Source: Lytechinus pictus (taxonomy: Eukaryota). Taken from it: DNA of 64,000 bases. Below are positions 20,727-33,014 of this stretch, in pieces. The stretch is from assembly GCF_037042905.1 (NCBI RefSeq), contig NC_087254.1:20026001-20090000 (forward strand), given 5' to 3'. The position numbers and the translations under genes were made by a program. Every line of letters starts with the position of its first letter. Position 1 is the stretch's first letter. Below the pieces are notes generated by a model, which searched no databases, had not been told where the DNA came from, and was given only the letters and a program-made list of their open reading frames with translations.

Positions 20727-21707
20727 TTAGAAGAAAACTCTTTTGATCCTTGTTAACTGATAGCCAAACATTTCGACGACATGTCTACGGTACGACCGAT
20801 TCATGATGAAGTACACACAGGCATTCCACCAGCTATTCGAAACAATCGCATACCTCATAGCCATACTTATGACCGATGGAACTTTGATAGAAGAGATAGG
20901 TCTTAAAAGCAGTATGATGGTACCTGGGATCCAAGCTAAATAAAACATACAGGTTATTACAAGAACGGTTTTGAGTCCTTTCATCCCTGTTCTACCCGGG
21001 GGCGGGCGTGCGACATTACCAGCGTTAACCGCGGCGTGAATTGCGGCGATCTGACGAGAATGGCGGCGCGAAATCAGAAGGAGTCGAACGTTCACGATCG
21101 TGGTGATGATCACGGCCAAGAGTGGTATGATGTTGTAAACGACGAAGCTTGGTTTGATAATTGACAAACAGATGTTTCCGAAAGGGTGACACTCATTCGT
21201 GATGACACTCTGCAGATAGGATGCACTAGAAATGAGAAGAGCAAGAAGCATGACAGTGACCAAAGCACCAGTCATCCTTTTACGTGTTACAAGAGATGTA
21301 TACTCGAGTGGTTTGGCTACAGCCATGTAGCGGTCAACAGACGCCAAAGTCAAAATCCACATCGATTGCCAAACAAATGCGGTACAAAGAACATTAATTG
21401 TGTCACCTATGCCCTTGCTTATTGTTACGTAAATAAATAAAACACCTGAAGTTGAGCACAACAATCCCGTGAAGAGGTCGACAGCAGAGAGACACATCAG
21501 ACAAACTTGAGTGTTGTCACTGAAACAGTCTTTAACCCTTGGCACTGTTATTAAGTTGACGCAATTGAGTGTTATTGACAGGATTGCGCACAATAAATAA
21601 GCGTACACGTAGAAGTCTTTCTCCTGTTGTGTTAATATATAAATTCGTGAAATCGTTTGAGCGCTTTCGTTCGAATAATTGGTGTTGGAGGTCGTAAAAT
21701 CATCCAT
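20727..21707 (-). CDS. Intronless rhodopsin-class (class A) GPCR, echinoderm-expanded putative chemoreceptor type, 326 aa
   Basis: First ATG (accATGg) at 21707; N-terminal N-glycosylation sequons (NYS, NES), TM1 LN, TM2 LSAVD, TM3 DRY, TM6 AWIP, TM7 NSWWNACVY; seven hydrophobic segments. Confidence 0.9.
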   Translation of the reverse strand: MDDFTTSNTNYSNESAQTISRIYILTQQEKDFYVYAYLLCAILSITLNCVNLITVPRVKDCFSDNTQVCLMCLSAVDLFTGLLCSTSGVLFIYVTISKGIGDTINVLCTAFVWQSMWILTLASVDRYMAVAKPLEYTSLVTRKRMTGALVTVMLLALLISSASYLQSVITNECHPFGNICLSIIKPSFVVYNIIPLLAVIITTIVNVRLLLISRRHSRQIAAIHAAVNAGNVARPPPGRTGMKGLKTVLVITCMFYLAWIPGTIILLLRPISSIKVPSVISMAMRYAIVSNSWWNACVYFIMNRSYRRHVVEMFGYQLTRIKRVFF

Positions 21708-22484
21708 GGTGAAATAGATCAATGGTACGAGATGCAACGTGCAAGGTTTATTTCAAAGAAGTTGTCTTCTGAATTTCTTTGTTAGAATTATTATTTTGTC
21801 CTTATATTTTCCTTTGTACCGGTGTCGCTCACTTCTAGAATATCAAGTCAATGATTTTCAACCTTTCTTCCCCTGAGCACGAATCTTTCAAAAGTTATCT
21901 TTCTTACAGAATACCTCATACTTTTTTGAACGATTTTCTGATAATGCAAAGCTTTTGCATTTCAATTTATATCTTAGGACATGACTTTTTGGAACGCCCT
22001 TGTTTGACGTTGTACTTTGACATCCGGAATACACCTTTACACGTATCTCATTAACTGCGTAGGAGCCTTTCCTAAAGCTCAAACTTTAAAAAACAATTAA
22101 GCATGTCATTCTCATTTTTTTGGACAATTTTGGCTGTTTGAAATGATATTTTTCCTCGCTCGCCATTTTTTTGCGGGACAATGATGTGATCATGGTGATA
22201 ATTGGTTCATTAAGTCTCCTGCATCTCGTGATATTCTTGTGAAAATAATCAATTTGACCAAGACAAACAGCTGTGTCCATTTTTATGTTACGTGAAACTC
22301 TCTCATAATAACCTTTTTTTTTTTTTTTTTCAAACAAGTCATAATGATCAACACCTTAGCAATCCATCTTATCTCACTGGATGTTAAACTCAACCATTTG
22401 CTAATATAGTGTCAATACTCCTATGCAGAATTGGGCTTTATCTATCTGAGTTTTCTCCAATCTATAAAAATCATGATTCCTTAA

Positions 22485-23096
22485 AGGACAAGTCCACCCC
22501 AACCAAAAGCTGATTTGAATAAAAAGAGAAAAATCTAACAAGCATACATGCAACACTGAAAATTTCATCAAAATCGGATGTAAAATAAGAAAGGTATGAC
22601 ATTTCAAAGTTTCGCCTAATTTCACAAAACAGTTATATGCACATCCTGGTCGGTATGCAAATGAGCAAACCGATGACATCATCCACTCACTATTTCTTGT
22701 GTATCTTATTATATGAAATATGAAACATTCTGACTTTCTCCTCATTGTCAATTGAAATAACAATTAATTTCTCCCTGAACATGTGGAATTAGCATTGTTT
22801 GATACTATATGGTTCAGTCAAGTTGGTCTATATTGTCAAATATGTAAAAAAATGAAATATTGTATAATTCAGACAATAAAAAACAAAAGAAATAGTGAGT
22901 GATTGACATCATCGACTGACCCATTTGCATGTCTCTGAGTTGTGCTTAACACTGTTTTGTGAAACATAAGCGGAACTTCAAAATGCCATAACTTTTTTTA
23001 TTTCACATCCGATTTTGATGAAATTTTCAGCGTTATGTTTATTTGATTTTTCTCCATTAATTCAAATCAATATTTTTCTGGCGTGGACTTGACCTT
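22485..23096. mobile_element. TTAA-flanked MITE (Kolobok-like), long imperfect palindrome
   Basis: TTAA-aggacaagtccac ... gtggacttgacct-TTAA; arms share aaatttcatcaaaatcggat / atccgattttgatgaaattt. Confidence 0.8.
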
Positions 23097-23251
23097 TTAA
23101 ATAAATATATGATGACTGCACAAATAGTTCAATTATTGTTATAATAATTTCACAATGCTTTGTGATTGTTAATCAGGTATTTACATTTTATTGATGATCA
23201 TTTAGTAATAATCCTTCTGATTTGGTAATACTTTAGGCCTTTAGGCAGTTA

Positions 23252-23860
23252 GGGGATGGTCCAGGCTGGATATATTTATATCTTAATAAATAGAGTAAAA
23301 TTTACAAAGCAAAATGCTGAAAATTTGATCAAAATCGGATAAAAAAATAACGAAGTTTAAATTGAATTTGAAAGATTTGCATTATTCCGGTGAAACAGTT
23401 CTAGACATGTCTTTATGAATATTCATTAGGTGGGCTGATGATGTCATATCCCCACTTTTCTATTGTTTTTTATTGTATGAAATTGGGTTTATTCAAAAAT
23501 TTTCTACCAATAACTAAAAAAATATTAGATTGACAACTGATTAAGTGCATTAGTTATTTATTGCCGCAACTTGTTTCATCATAATGGAGACACATCATTT
23601 ACACATGTATGAAAAAATGAAACATTTATGATTTTATGTTATAATATAGGAAAAGGGAAAGTGGGGATGTGACATCATCAGCCCACCTAATGAATATTCA
23701 TGACGATGTGCATATAACTGTTTTCACAAAATATTGCTAAACTTTAAAATTCAATAACTTCGCTATTTGTTATCCGATTTTGATGAAATTTTCATTATTT
23801 TGCGCTGTGAATTTTCCTCTATTTATTTAGATATAAATATTTTCAGCCCGGACCATCCTT
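23252..23860. mobile_element. Related TTAA-type MITE (Kolobok-like)
   Basis: ggatggtccaggctg ... cagcccggaccatcc-ttTTAA; same subterminal motifs as the previous element. Confidence 0.8.
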
Positions 23861-24959
23861 TTAATGCTTTAAAACTATATTCATCAAAATATTAACTGTA
23901 ATCAAAATATTTATAATGTATCAATCATCATACAACTTAAGATTAACTATGGGAATAACATACTTGACACCTGCCTATGTAACACATGATCTAAAAATCC
24001 GAACATTCATGTTGACTAATGCTTGTATTTCGATCTTATTTGTTAATGATGTAAGAAACATAAATAATCATAGTCATTAATCCTGAAATTAGAATCGAGT
24101 TAATGACTCTAGCAATATCGTAACATATTTTTAAACGAGCAATGTGGAAAAATCTTTGAGTCAGAAAGCAATACCACAACGATACATATTCCTAAACAAC
24201 ATGACAGTTTTTTGCCAAACGTTACTCACCAAAAGATAATATCTGGTTAGAGTTTGAAACTTCTGACAATAGCCTTTTTTCCACGTTGGTAGAATGATAT
24301 CATCAATGCATTATTTAATTTCTCTGACTCCAATTTACTAGATAATTTTGATCAAATATTCATAATGTCAAGAGTCCTCAAAAGGATTGCCTGTCAAGTC
24401 AGAACAATATTCATAATATGAAATGCAAAAAGTAATCATTTTCACAAATAAGGTATAATTAAATCATCCATTCAGGAGATTCGCGAAAGACAAACTAACA
24501 GTCAGCATTCAGGTTCACTATCGTGACCATCTATTGATTTCCGGCTGCTCCAAACATTAATGTTCATACTAAAAGAACAAAAAATGAGCACCAATAAATG
24601 CATCCATATCTTCTCTACATATTTCTAACAAACAATTAGTAGAGTCGACAAATCAAAAAAGTATGTTTAAAAATTAACAAAGAGTTCCTCGATTTCTGTG
24701 AACAACCGATCATAAACAGTAATACAACAAAAAATGTATTGCCAAAAATCATCACGAACCATAAGGTGACGAATAATCCGAATTCGTATGCCAAAATTCA
24801 TAATTAATCTTGCTGAATTCCCAGATTGGAACTAATTAAGTATTCTCTGTTGCTCAATTCCTATACATTTAAGTGTAGGGTGTGTTAACGTAGGGGGGAG
24901 GGTGGGGGCTAGATGTTATTATTATTTATTATTATTTTTTTTTTGGTATGTAATTTTTA

Positions 24960-25154
24960 TATTGTGTATGATTTATATTTGTGTAATTTTCTTTTATGCT
25001 ATATGAGGATCCCTCGGTAGACCAGCAGCACCATGATTGATGCTGCTGAGTAGGGCCATCCTCCCGGTTTTTTTTTCATTATCAATTCACATGTATCATT
25101 TTATATGTATTGTTATTTGTTTTTTTTAACGGAAATAAATTCAATTCAATTCAA
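24960..25154 (+). mobile_element. LINE 3'-end stub (stem-loop + AATAAA + (TTCAA)n tail)
   Basis: gaggat...cagcagca..tgctgctg..atcctc stem-loop followed by ggaaataaattcaattcaattcaa. Confidence 0.55.
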
Positions 25155-25437
25155 TGTTGAATGTGGTTGAGTGAGGGTGTTAGATGAGTGAGCTAAGTCT
25201 ACATGAGGGTGATGGATGAGCGAGCACACGCTGAATTATATTACACCAAGTGCTGGAATTCATTCTTGATATGTCATTATTATGCTTCCTTTGAACTTAA
25301 AATATGTATACCATGTTATCCTTCCCGGGTGATGATTGCGTCTGAAGTATAGCGTACTCGATACAGTAGAACCTCAAATGTAGAATATCGCCCTCACCTG
25401 TTCATGCTGAAATATAATTTAGCGCACTACAGTGTAT

Positions 25438-28206
25438 TAGTCCAGGATAGAAGGGGTCGAACCTTGTTTTTTTATATATACAATGTTTTTCTATGGTTTC
25501 TTGTCAATTCGAGGGTGCTGATTCCGAATCTGAATGATGCCACTCGTGTAACCTTGAGCATTTTCTGCAAATTGGCAAAATCCAATATGGCCGCCAAAAT
25601 ATTCAAATTACCCTTGAAAATCATAAAATTGTCCACACATTGGCTTTAAAGTACATGCAATTGTGCTGCCGGAGTGAAATAATATCTGAAAAAATGATTT
25701 TTGTCAAAATATTTATTTTCTTGATATCAAAATGGCCGCCATCATAGACCCCTGTACAATATGAATGGGGAAAATTAATTTTTACAAAATTGAGCACTGA
25801 AATGCAAGTAATTATGATATATGAGTGAAGCAATGTCTGTAAACATGATTGCTAACGATATATATCATTTGTTATGTCAGTTATGTGATAAATCCTGTAT
25901 TTTGATATTCAAAATGGCCTTCAAAAGCCCTAACACTATGAATGGTGACACAAAAAAATCACAAGAGGGAGCACTAAAATGCATTTTGTTGAGATAAACG
26001 AGTGGAATACTGACTAAAAACATTATTGTTAACGAAATTTATTATTTAACATGCCATGTATGTGATAAACCCTGTATTTTGATATTTAATATGACCGCCA
26101 AAGGCCCTAAAATTATGATCTACGATGTGAGAGAGGACAAAAACAATCACAAGGTGAGCACTAAAACGTATTTTTTGTGGTAAATTAGTGGAATACTGTC
26201 TTCAAATATAATTTGCAACGAAATATATTATTCGGGTTTCATATTTGTGTTAAATATTGTATTTTGACTTTCAAAATGGCCGCCAAAAGACATTGACTGT
26301 ATTATGTACAATCGATCTGGGAAACCAATTTTGACATGAGTCAGCACCATAACATGCATATAATTGTGATTTAAGAGTAAAATATTGTCTGAAAACATAA
26401 TTCCTAACAAGATATATCATTCATTCTGCCAGGTAGGTGATAAATAATGTATTTTGAAAGTCAAAATGGCCGCTACAGGCCCTAACGGTAGGCCTATTAT
26501 GTACTTTGTGAATGGGAACATATAATTTTAACAGAATTTGGCTTTGCTTGACTAAATGGTGTTGCATGTATGAGTGAAATATCGTCTGAAAATATGATTT
26601 TGTAACCAAATAGATCATTTCTTATGTTATTTAGGTGATAAATGCTATATTTAAATTTCAAAATGGCTGCAATATGTTTCTTTGTGGAAATTATCTTTCC
26701 CCATTCAAATTTTACATATTAAGATAAGGGACTATGGCGGCCATTTTTCATTTTTAAAAGGCTGCATTCATCACCTTTATGACACAAGCTATGATATATT
26801 TCGTTAGAAATCATTGAGTTTAGACAATACTTAACACTTACATCAAAATTAAGCCATTTTCATAGTAAAAATTTTGTCAAAATTATCTGTCCCCAGTTAC
26901 AATGTACATACTACTTTGGGCTATGGCAGCAATTTTGAATTTCAAAGTAAGGCCTTTATTACCTTCTCAACCATTATGTGATGTATTTAGTCAGAAATCA
27001 TGTTCAAGACCAAATTTTACCTATACATCACATAGTTACGTGCGTTTTTGGTTCTCATTCTGGTGATGATTAGTTTCCCTATACGCATGTTACAGAATTT
27101 GTAGGGGCTTGTGCGGCCGTTTTGAAAGTCAAAATACAGTATTTATCACTTATGGGAGAGGAAATGTTATATTTCATTAAAAAAATCACGTTTTCAAACA
27201 ATATTTTCCTTATACAACAGAATTATATGGATTTCATAATCAGGCAAATCCTAATTCATTCAAAAGTATTTGTCCCCATTTACATTGTAGATAATACTGT
27301 AAGGGCCCATAGGGGCCGTTTTGAATTTTACAATACAGCATTTATCTCATGCATGAAAAATGAAATGATATGTTTCGCCAGAAATCATGTGTTTAGACAA
27401 TATTTCACTCGTATAGATTACAATTACATTCATTTTATTGTTTTTACTCTTGTGAAAATTAGTTTCTTCATTCACTTTGTTCATAATACAGATAGGGCCT
27501 ATGGCAGCCATTTTGAATGTCAACATGCAGCATAATTACCGAAATTGCAAGGGAAATGATGTGTTTCGTTAGAAATCCTTGTTGTCAGACAGTGTTACAC
27601 CAATATTTCGCAGTTATTGGCATTTTAAAGTCAAACAAATTCAAAGGTTGTGAAAATTATTTGTCCCCTTTTATATATTGTACACAGTATAAGGGGTCTA
27701 TGACAGCCATTTTGAATATCATAATACAGCATTTATCACATTAGATAGTATACAAATGACATAGTTTTGTTAATAGTCATGTTTTCAGACAGTAGTCCAC
27801 TCGCAGGTCACAATCACATGCAATTATAGTGCTCTTGTTTGAAAAAATATTTTCCCCATTCATATTCTTTATAATAAAGTATACAGGGGTATGGCAGCCA
27901 TTTTGAATATCAATAAAATAATTATTTTGTCAAATATCGCTTTCCAATTGGTATTTCACTTCTGCACAACAACTACATGCATTTTATAGCTAATGTGTTG
28001 GCAATTTTATGATTTTCATGGGTAATTTGCATATTTTGGCGGCCATATTGGATTTTGCCAATTTGCGGAAAATGCTCAAGGTTACAAGAGTGGCATCATT
28101 CAGATTCGGAATCAGCACCCTCGAATTGACAAGAAACCATAAAAAAACATTGTATATCTAAAAAAACAAGGTTCGACCCCTTGTCTATGGGGCCTATCCT
28201 GGACTA
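25438..28206. mobile_element. 2.8-kb non-autonomous foldback DNA element with ~180-bp internal subrepeats
   Basis: >250-bp high-identity TIRs (tagtccaggatag...ggggtcgaaccttg / caaggttcgacccc...ctatcctggacta); caaaatggccgcc motif recurs in the left half and ggcggccattttg in the right half; TA/TAT flanks; no coding capacity. Confidence 0.9.
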
Positions 28207-28675
28207 TATAGCTGCTGAATATACCAGAACGCACCTGTATTCTCCATTCATTGGCTCATGGGATTTAATAAAATCATAAAAAATAAGTGTATATAATGAC
28301 GCAATACTTAATAGATCATCAAACAATTTTCATTTCCTGATGATATTAAGATATTATGTATTCAGTGATTTTTTTCTCGATAGAGGATCTGCTACCCAAA
28401 GTAGTTCTTGGACAACTGTGAAAAAGTGTAAATTCCCCATACCATCCACAAATACCAAAAAAACTCCTTTTGACTTGTCTAATAACCCTGCCACCCCTCC
28501 CTGCTAACACAAGTAGTGCATCTGTGATGGACATCTCTCCTTTGATCGATGAACAAGCTTAGTCCTACAACATCGTTGGAATAAGTAAGTTAGTGAATAA
28601 GTAAGTATTTACTTATTTTCTTAATTTCATACTGCAGGGTAGGCCTGTTCAATTTTGCAAAATTGCTTTCCAAAG

Positions 28676-30761
28676 CAGGGCCCTGGGAACTATTTTTTGG
28701 CTGGGGAGTGCTGAAGTAGGGCTAAATTCATGGGCGGATCCAGCTTTCGCCAATAAGGGGGGGGGGGCGAAAAAAAATTCACCCATATTTTCCCCGGTCG
28801 GCCACTCAAAGATGATATTTGTTTGTTTCTTCGTAACAGTCACTTCTTTGCTTTATTCTTATAAAACATAGTAATCTCATAAGCCATATTTAAATAGTGC
28901 GAGCGCCAAGCAAAAGAGGTTTTTTTGTTGTTGGAAATTTCATGTATCTTGTCCTGAAAATCGAACATTCTGGGCAATGTTCGTGATCCTGAACAGAATC
29001 CGTATGATAACTGATCAAAAAGAGACCTGTTGAGGACTGTTTGTAGTTAGCCATAAAGCGATACATATCCAATAATCAAATAAAGCGAGCACGAAGCGCG
29101 AGCTAAACAGTTTTGACATTCCAACCTAAAAAATGGAAATTCTAAGCACATTTTGTAATAATGGGCAGGATAGGCATATAACTAAACAATGCGAGCGCGA
29201 AGAGTGAGCGGAAAAAGAAGAGATTTATACCTAAAATAACGGGTCACCCTATTCATGTTTTGTAAATCATGAAAAGAATGGGTAATTGGGTATCCTAAAT
29301 CAATAATGTGAGCGCGAAGGGCGAGCAGAAAATTTTAGTCTGAAATTGTATAATTTAAGCATGTTTTAAATAAAGAACGAGCTGTGTATCTCAATAAACA
29401 TGCGTGCATGTGTTTAAGATTTATATTTAGTATCTGGGCATTCCAAATTTTTTTTTCATGAAAATCAATAATGTGATCGTGAAGTGCGAGCTGAAAATAT
29501 TTGATATTCCTATCTAAAAAGGGGTCAATTTAGGCACTAATTCAAGCAATGTGTAGGGAAATCGTGAAGTGAATATTATGGATCGCTCTTAATAAATGAT
29601 GTGAGCGCGAAGCGCAAGCTGATATTTTTATAAAAAAATGCCCTAGGACCTGGATATTCTAAGGACATTTTGTCATCATATGAAAATGATGACTTCCTTC
29701 TATTCCTCTTCCTTAGCGCGAGATATTCCATCTGAAAAAAAGGAGAATTTGATTATTAGGAATTCATGAAAATGTTGATATTAATCTAACAAACCAAATG
29801 GCAGCTCGAAATTTGTTGATATTAATTCCTGAATTATGGATATTTTAAGCACTTTTGTAATTATGAATAGGATGCATGGGTTAATATATTTTTAACAAAT
29901 TAATGAGAGCGCAAATCGCGATGTCATGAAAAAATGATTTTAAGTAGTTTGTTTTAGAATTGCTTATTATTATAGAGGAAATTATTGAGGTATACATTAC
30001 TCATCAATCAAAACGCGAGCGCGCAGCGCTGGCCGATAATATTTTGAGAACTTTATGGAATACACTAAGAGAATAGGTACCTGACAAATCAAATAACGCG
30101 AGAGCACAGCGCAAGCTGAAAATATTGATACTGAGACAATAAAACAGACATTTTATACAGAGCACTTTTTGAAAATTAACTTATAGATCAAACAAAATAA
30201 TTAAAGCTCGATGTCGGAGCTGAAATATGTTTTGTATATTGACTTTAAAACTTGATATTTTGAGCTCCATATCAGCCTATTTAGGAAGAATCTCATGTAG
30301 GGCTATCTCATCAAACATTCAATGCAGCGCGAAGCCCGAGCGAAAACTTTATATAGTGACATGAAAGGTTTTTTATTTTATTTTCCAAGTCGTCCCCTCA
30401 CCTTATTTTATTCACTCTTCTTTATCCACTTATTTTCTCCTCTCTTTGTCCTTCTTTAAAAAAAATGCCTCCCCCCTTTTTTTTGCTCCGCCAAGAGGGA
30501 GTCCCGGATCCGAGTATGTAAATTTGACAGGCAAAACAAGGTTTCACTACAAAATGGAGGTCGTTTTGGTGCCAAGAAATTTGATAAGCCAAACAAGGGC
30601 TTTCAACACAAGATGTTGGTCATTTCCATACATTTCTCCTATGTAACACACCAACCAGAATTCCGGGGGTGCTGCCTATGGAAAATAATACACGCAGCAC
30701 CCCCTGGGAAAATCTTGGGGGTGCCTCAACATCCCCAGCACCCCCGCTTCCCAGGTCCATG
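28676..30761. mobile_element. hAT-like MITE carrying a nested 1.8-kb element
   Basis: TIR cagggccctgggaa / ttcccaggtccatg; perfect 8-bp TSD ttccaaag (28668-75, 30762-69). Confidence 0.8.
28729..30518. mobile_element. Nested non-autonomous element with reiterated GCGAGCGCGAAGCGCGAGC motifs
   Basis: Termini catgggcggatcc / ggatccgagtatg, taaatt duplicated at both junctions; ~12 degenerate motif copies. Confidence 0.7.
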
Positions 30762-30789
30762 TTCCAAAGGCGCCCTGCAGTTTAAACAA

Positions 30790-33014
30790 AGAACTCAACA
30801 TTATAGCAATTCAATGTATGTAAAATATTTAAGTAAAACAGAATATATTATACATATAGAGTGAATCAGTAAGTATCATGGAATCATTACATCAAATTAT
30901 TCAGTGTAATTACATGTATGACAGTCAGAATTTTAATGATTTACCGTGTTTTTTTAATGCATGGAGGGACGTGCATTTTTGTATATCACGAGGAACGAAT
31001 TAAATAAGACTGCATCAACATATTCAAAAGATTTTCTTTTATAATACGTCCTTGGGCAGGGTATTTAAAGGGGACATTGTTCAGAATACCGCGTTTTATA
31101 ATTTACATTACGTTAGTGGCGTTTGCAGATAAGTGGTTCCAGATAGGCTAGTGCTAAATCGTCTTGTGTTTTGAAAACAAGAACACAATATTGATATTTG
31201 ATACGTTCCTCCAATTTTTGCCATTTGAGTGTAGACACCAATTCATGTTGGGGAGTAAGATAGTCTTTATTCAAAATTATTTGGGCATACTTATTATGCA
31301 GTTTTGTATTTTGTTTTTGTTGGCTTTTGCACAGCTTCCTCAAGATGTACAACAATAATCAATGTAAGGTAAAATCATGACAAAACATAAATAAAGATTC
31401 CTAGGCGGGAGGAATTGTTTGATTCTCTTCATACAACCTATCGTACGAGATATTTTTACAATGATACTAGATATATATTCTTCCCGCGTCATACCAGAGT
31501 CAAGTGTTACACCCAAGTATTTGTTTATATTTACATTTTCTATGGGTTCATTAAAAAATTTATCATTAAAGCATAATTTCTCAATCTTTTCATATGACCA
31601 AAAGCCATGACCTTTGCCTTTTTTTTGGATGCAAATGCATACCGTTAAGGTCGAGCCAGTTACAGATAACATCAAAATCACTTTGCAGATTTTTTAAACC
31701 TCCTTACATAATACATCATGACAGAAAAGAGCAGTATCATCTGTATAAAGACACAATTTGGAATTAACATTCAAATTCAAGCTACATATATCATTGATAA
31801 AAATACAAAATATTAATGGACCCAATATGGATCCCTGTGGGACGCCTGATGTAATTGTTACACTATCACTGATACAATTATTTAATACCGTAACGACGTA
31901 CTGTCTCCTGTCCGTTAAATACGCTTTCATCTAATCATATTCTTTACCCTTACATTCATAATACTTCAGTTTTCCAAGAATGAAATTGTGTGGAATAAAA
32001 CATCAAACGCTTTACGCAAATAGAAGAAAATACCTCCGATCTTTCGCCCCTGATCCATTTTATCAAAAATATAGTCTGTAATTTCAGTTAAACATGAAGT
32101 AGTAAAATGCAAAGATCTAAAACCTGATTGGGAATTCGTTAACAGTCTTTATTAAAATATTCATAAAGTTGATTGTGGATTGCTCTTTCTAATATTTCAG
32201 ACAAGGCAGGTCAGATATCGGTCTATATCATCGACATCATATGATCCTCCTTTATGTATTGGAGTAATTCTTGCCGTCTTTAAATCTCTTGGAATAGTAC
32301 ATGTTCGCAATGTCATATTGTATAAATATACCAATGATTCTACTAAAAAAGGAGCAGCCCGTTTAAGAAGCTTTGGATGTATGCCATACTCCAACAGCCT
32401 TTGAACAATCAATGTTTGACAATGCCTTAAAAACGTATTTTTTTCACTAAATTCAAATTCACATTCGGGGAAAGATAATGTTTTTAAACTACTTATTGGA
32501 TCAACTGATGTATTATCCGAAGGAGTCTGCAATCTCAGTCCTACCTCATTAAAGGCTTTGTTTTAAAAAATTGCTATTTGTTTGGTAGGGTAGGTATTAG
32601 TTCATTTCCCATTGTAGGTTTGATATCATTATTTTCTTTCCTATTTTTTCTTCGGTATAAGTTTTGAAAGAACTCTCCAATTATTCTTAATATTACCACA
32701 GTTCTGAAAGTCATTCTGATAGTAATTCTTTTTCAAAAACGTATTAAAATTGTTTGCTTTATTTCGAAAAAAGCTGAAATTTTTGCCACCAAGATATTTT
32801 TTTTTTTCCGGGATTATTTTCGACAGTAATCCCTTTCTCGTGCTAGATTCAGATAGTCATCATTAATCCATGGTACACCTCTTTGCTTAAGACGCACGGA
32901 TATAAATGGGGCATGTCTATCACAAATTTCCAACAGAGTACTTCTAAAAAAATGTTCTAATTTTTTTCTACTTTTTCTACATCCTGACCAGATGAATAAA
33001 TTTTTTCCAGTCAA
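30790..33014 (-). pseudogene. Decayed, 5'-truncated CR1/L2-group LINE ORF2 (reverse transcriptase)
   Basis: Collinear frameshifted fragments: DRHAPF..VPWI, GIHPKLLK..TARITPIHKGG, GVPQGSILGPLIFCIFIND..LYTDDT, KYLGVTLDS, ILPYIDYC, LKWQKLEERIKY. Confidence 0.88.
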
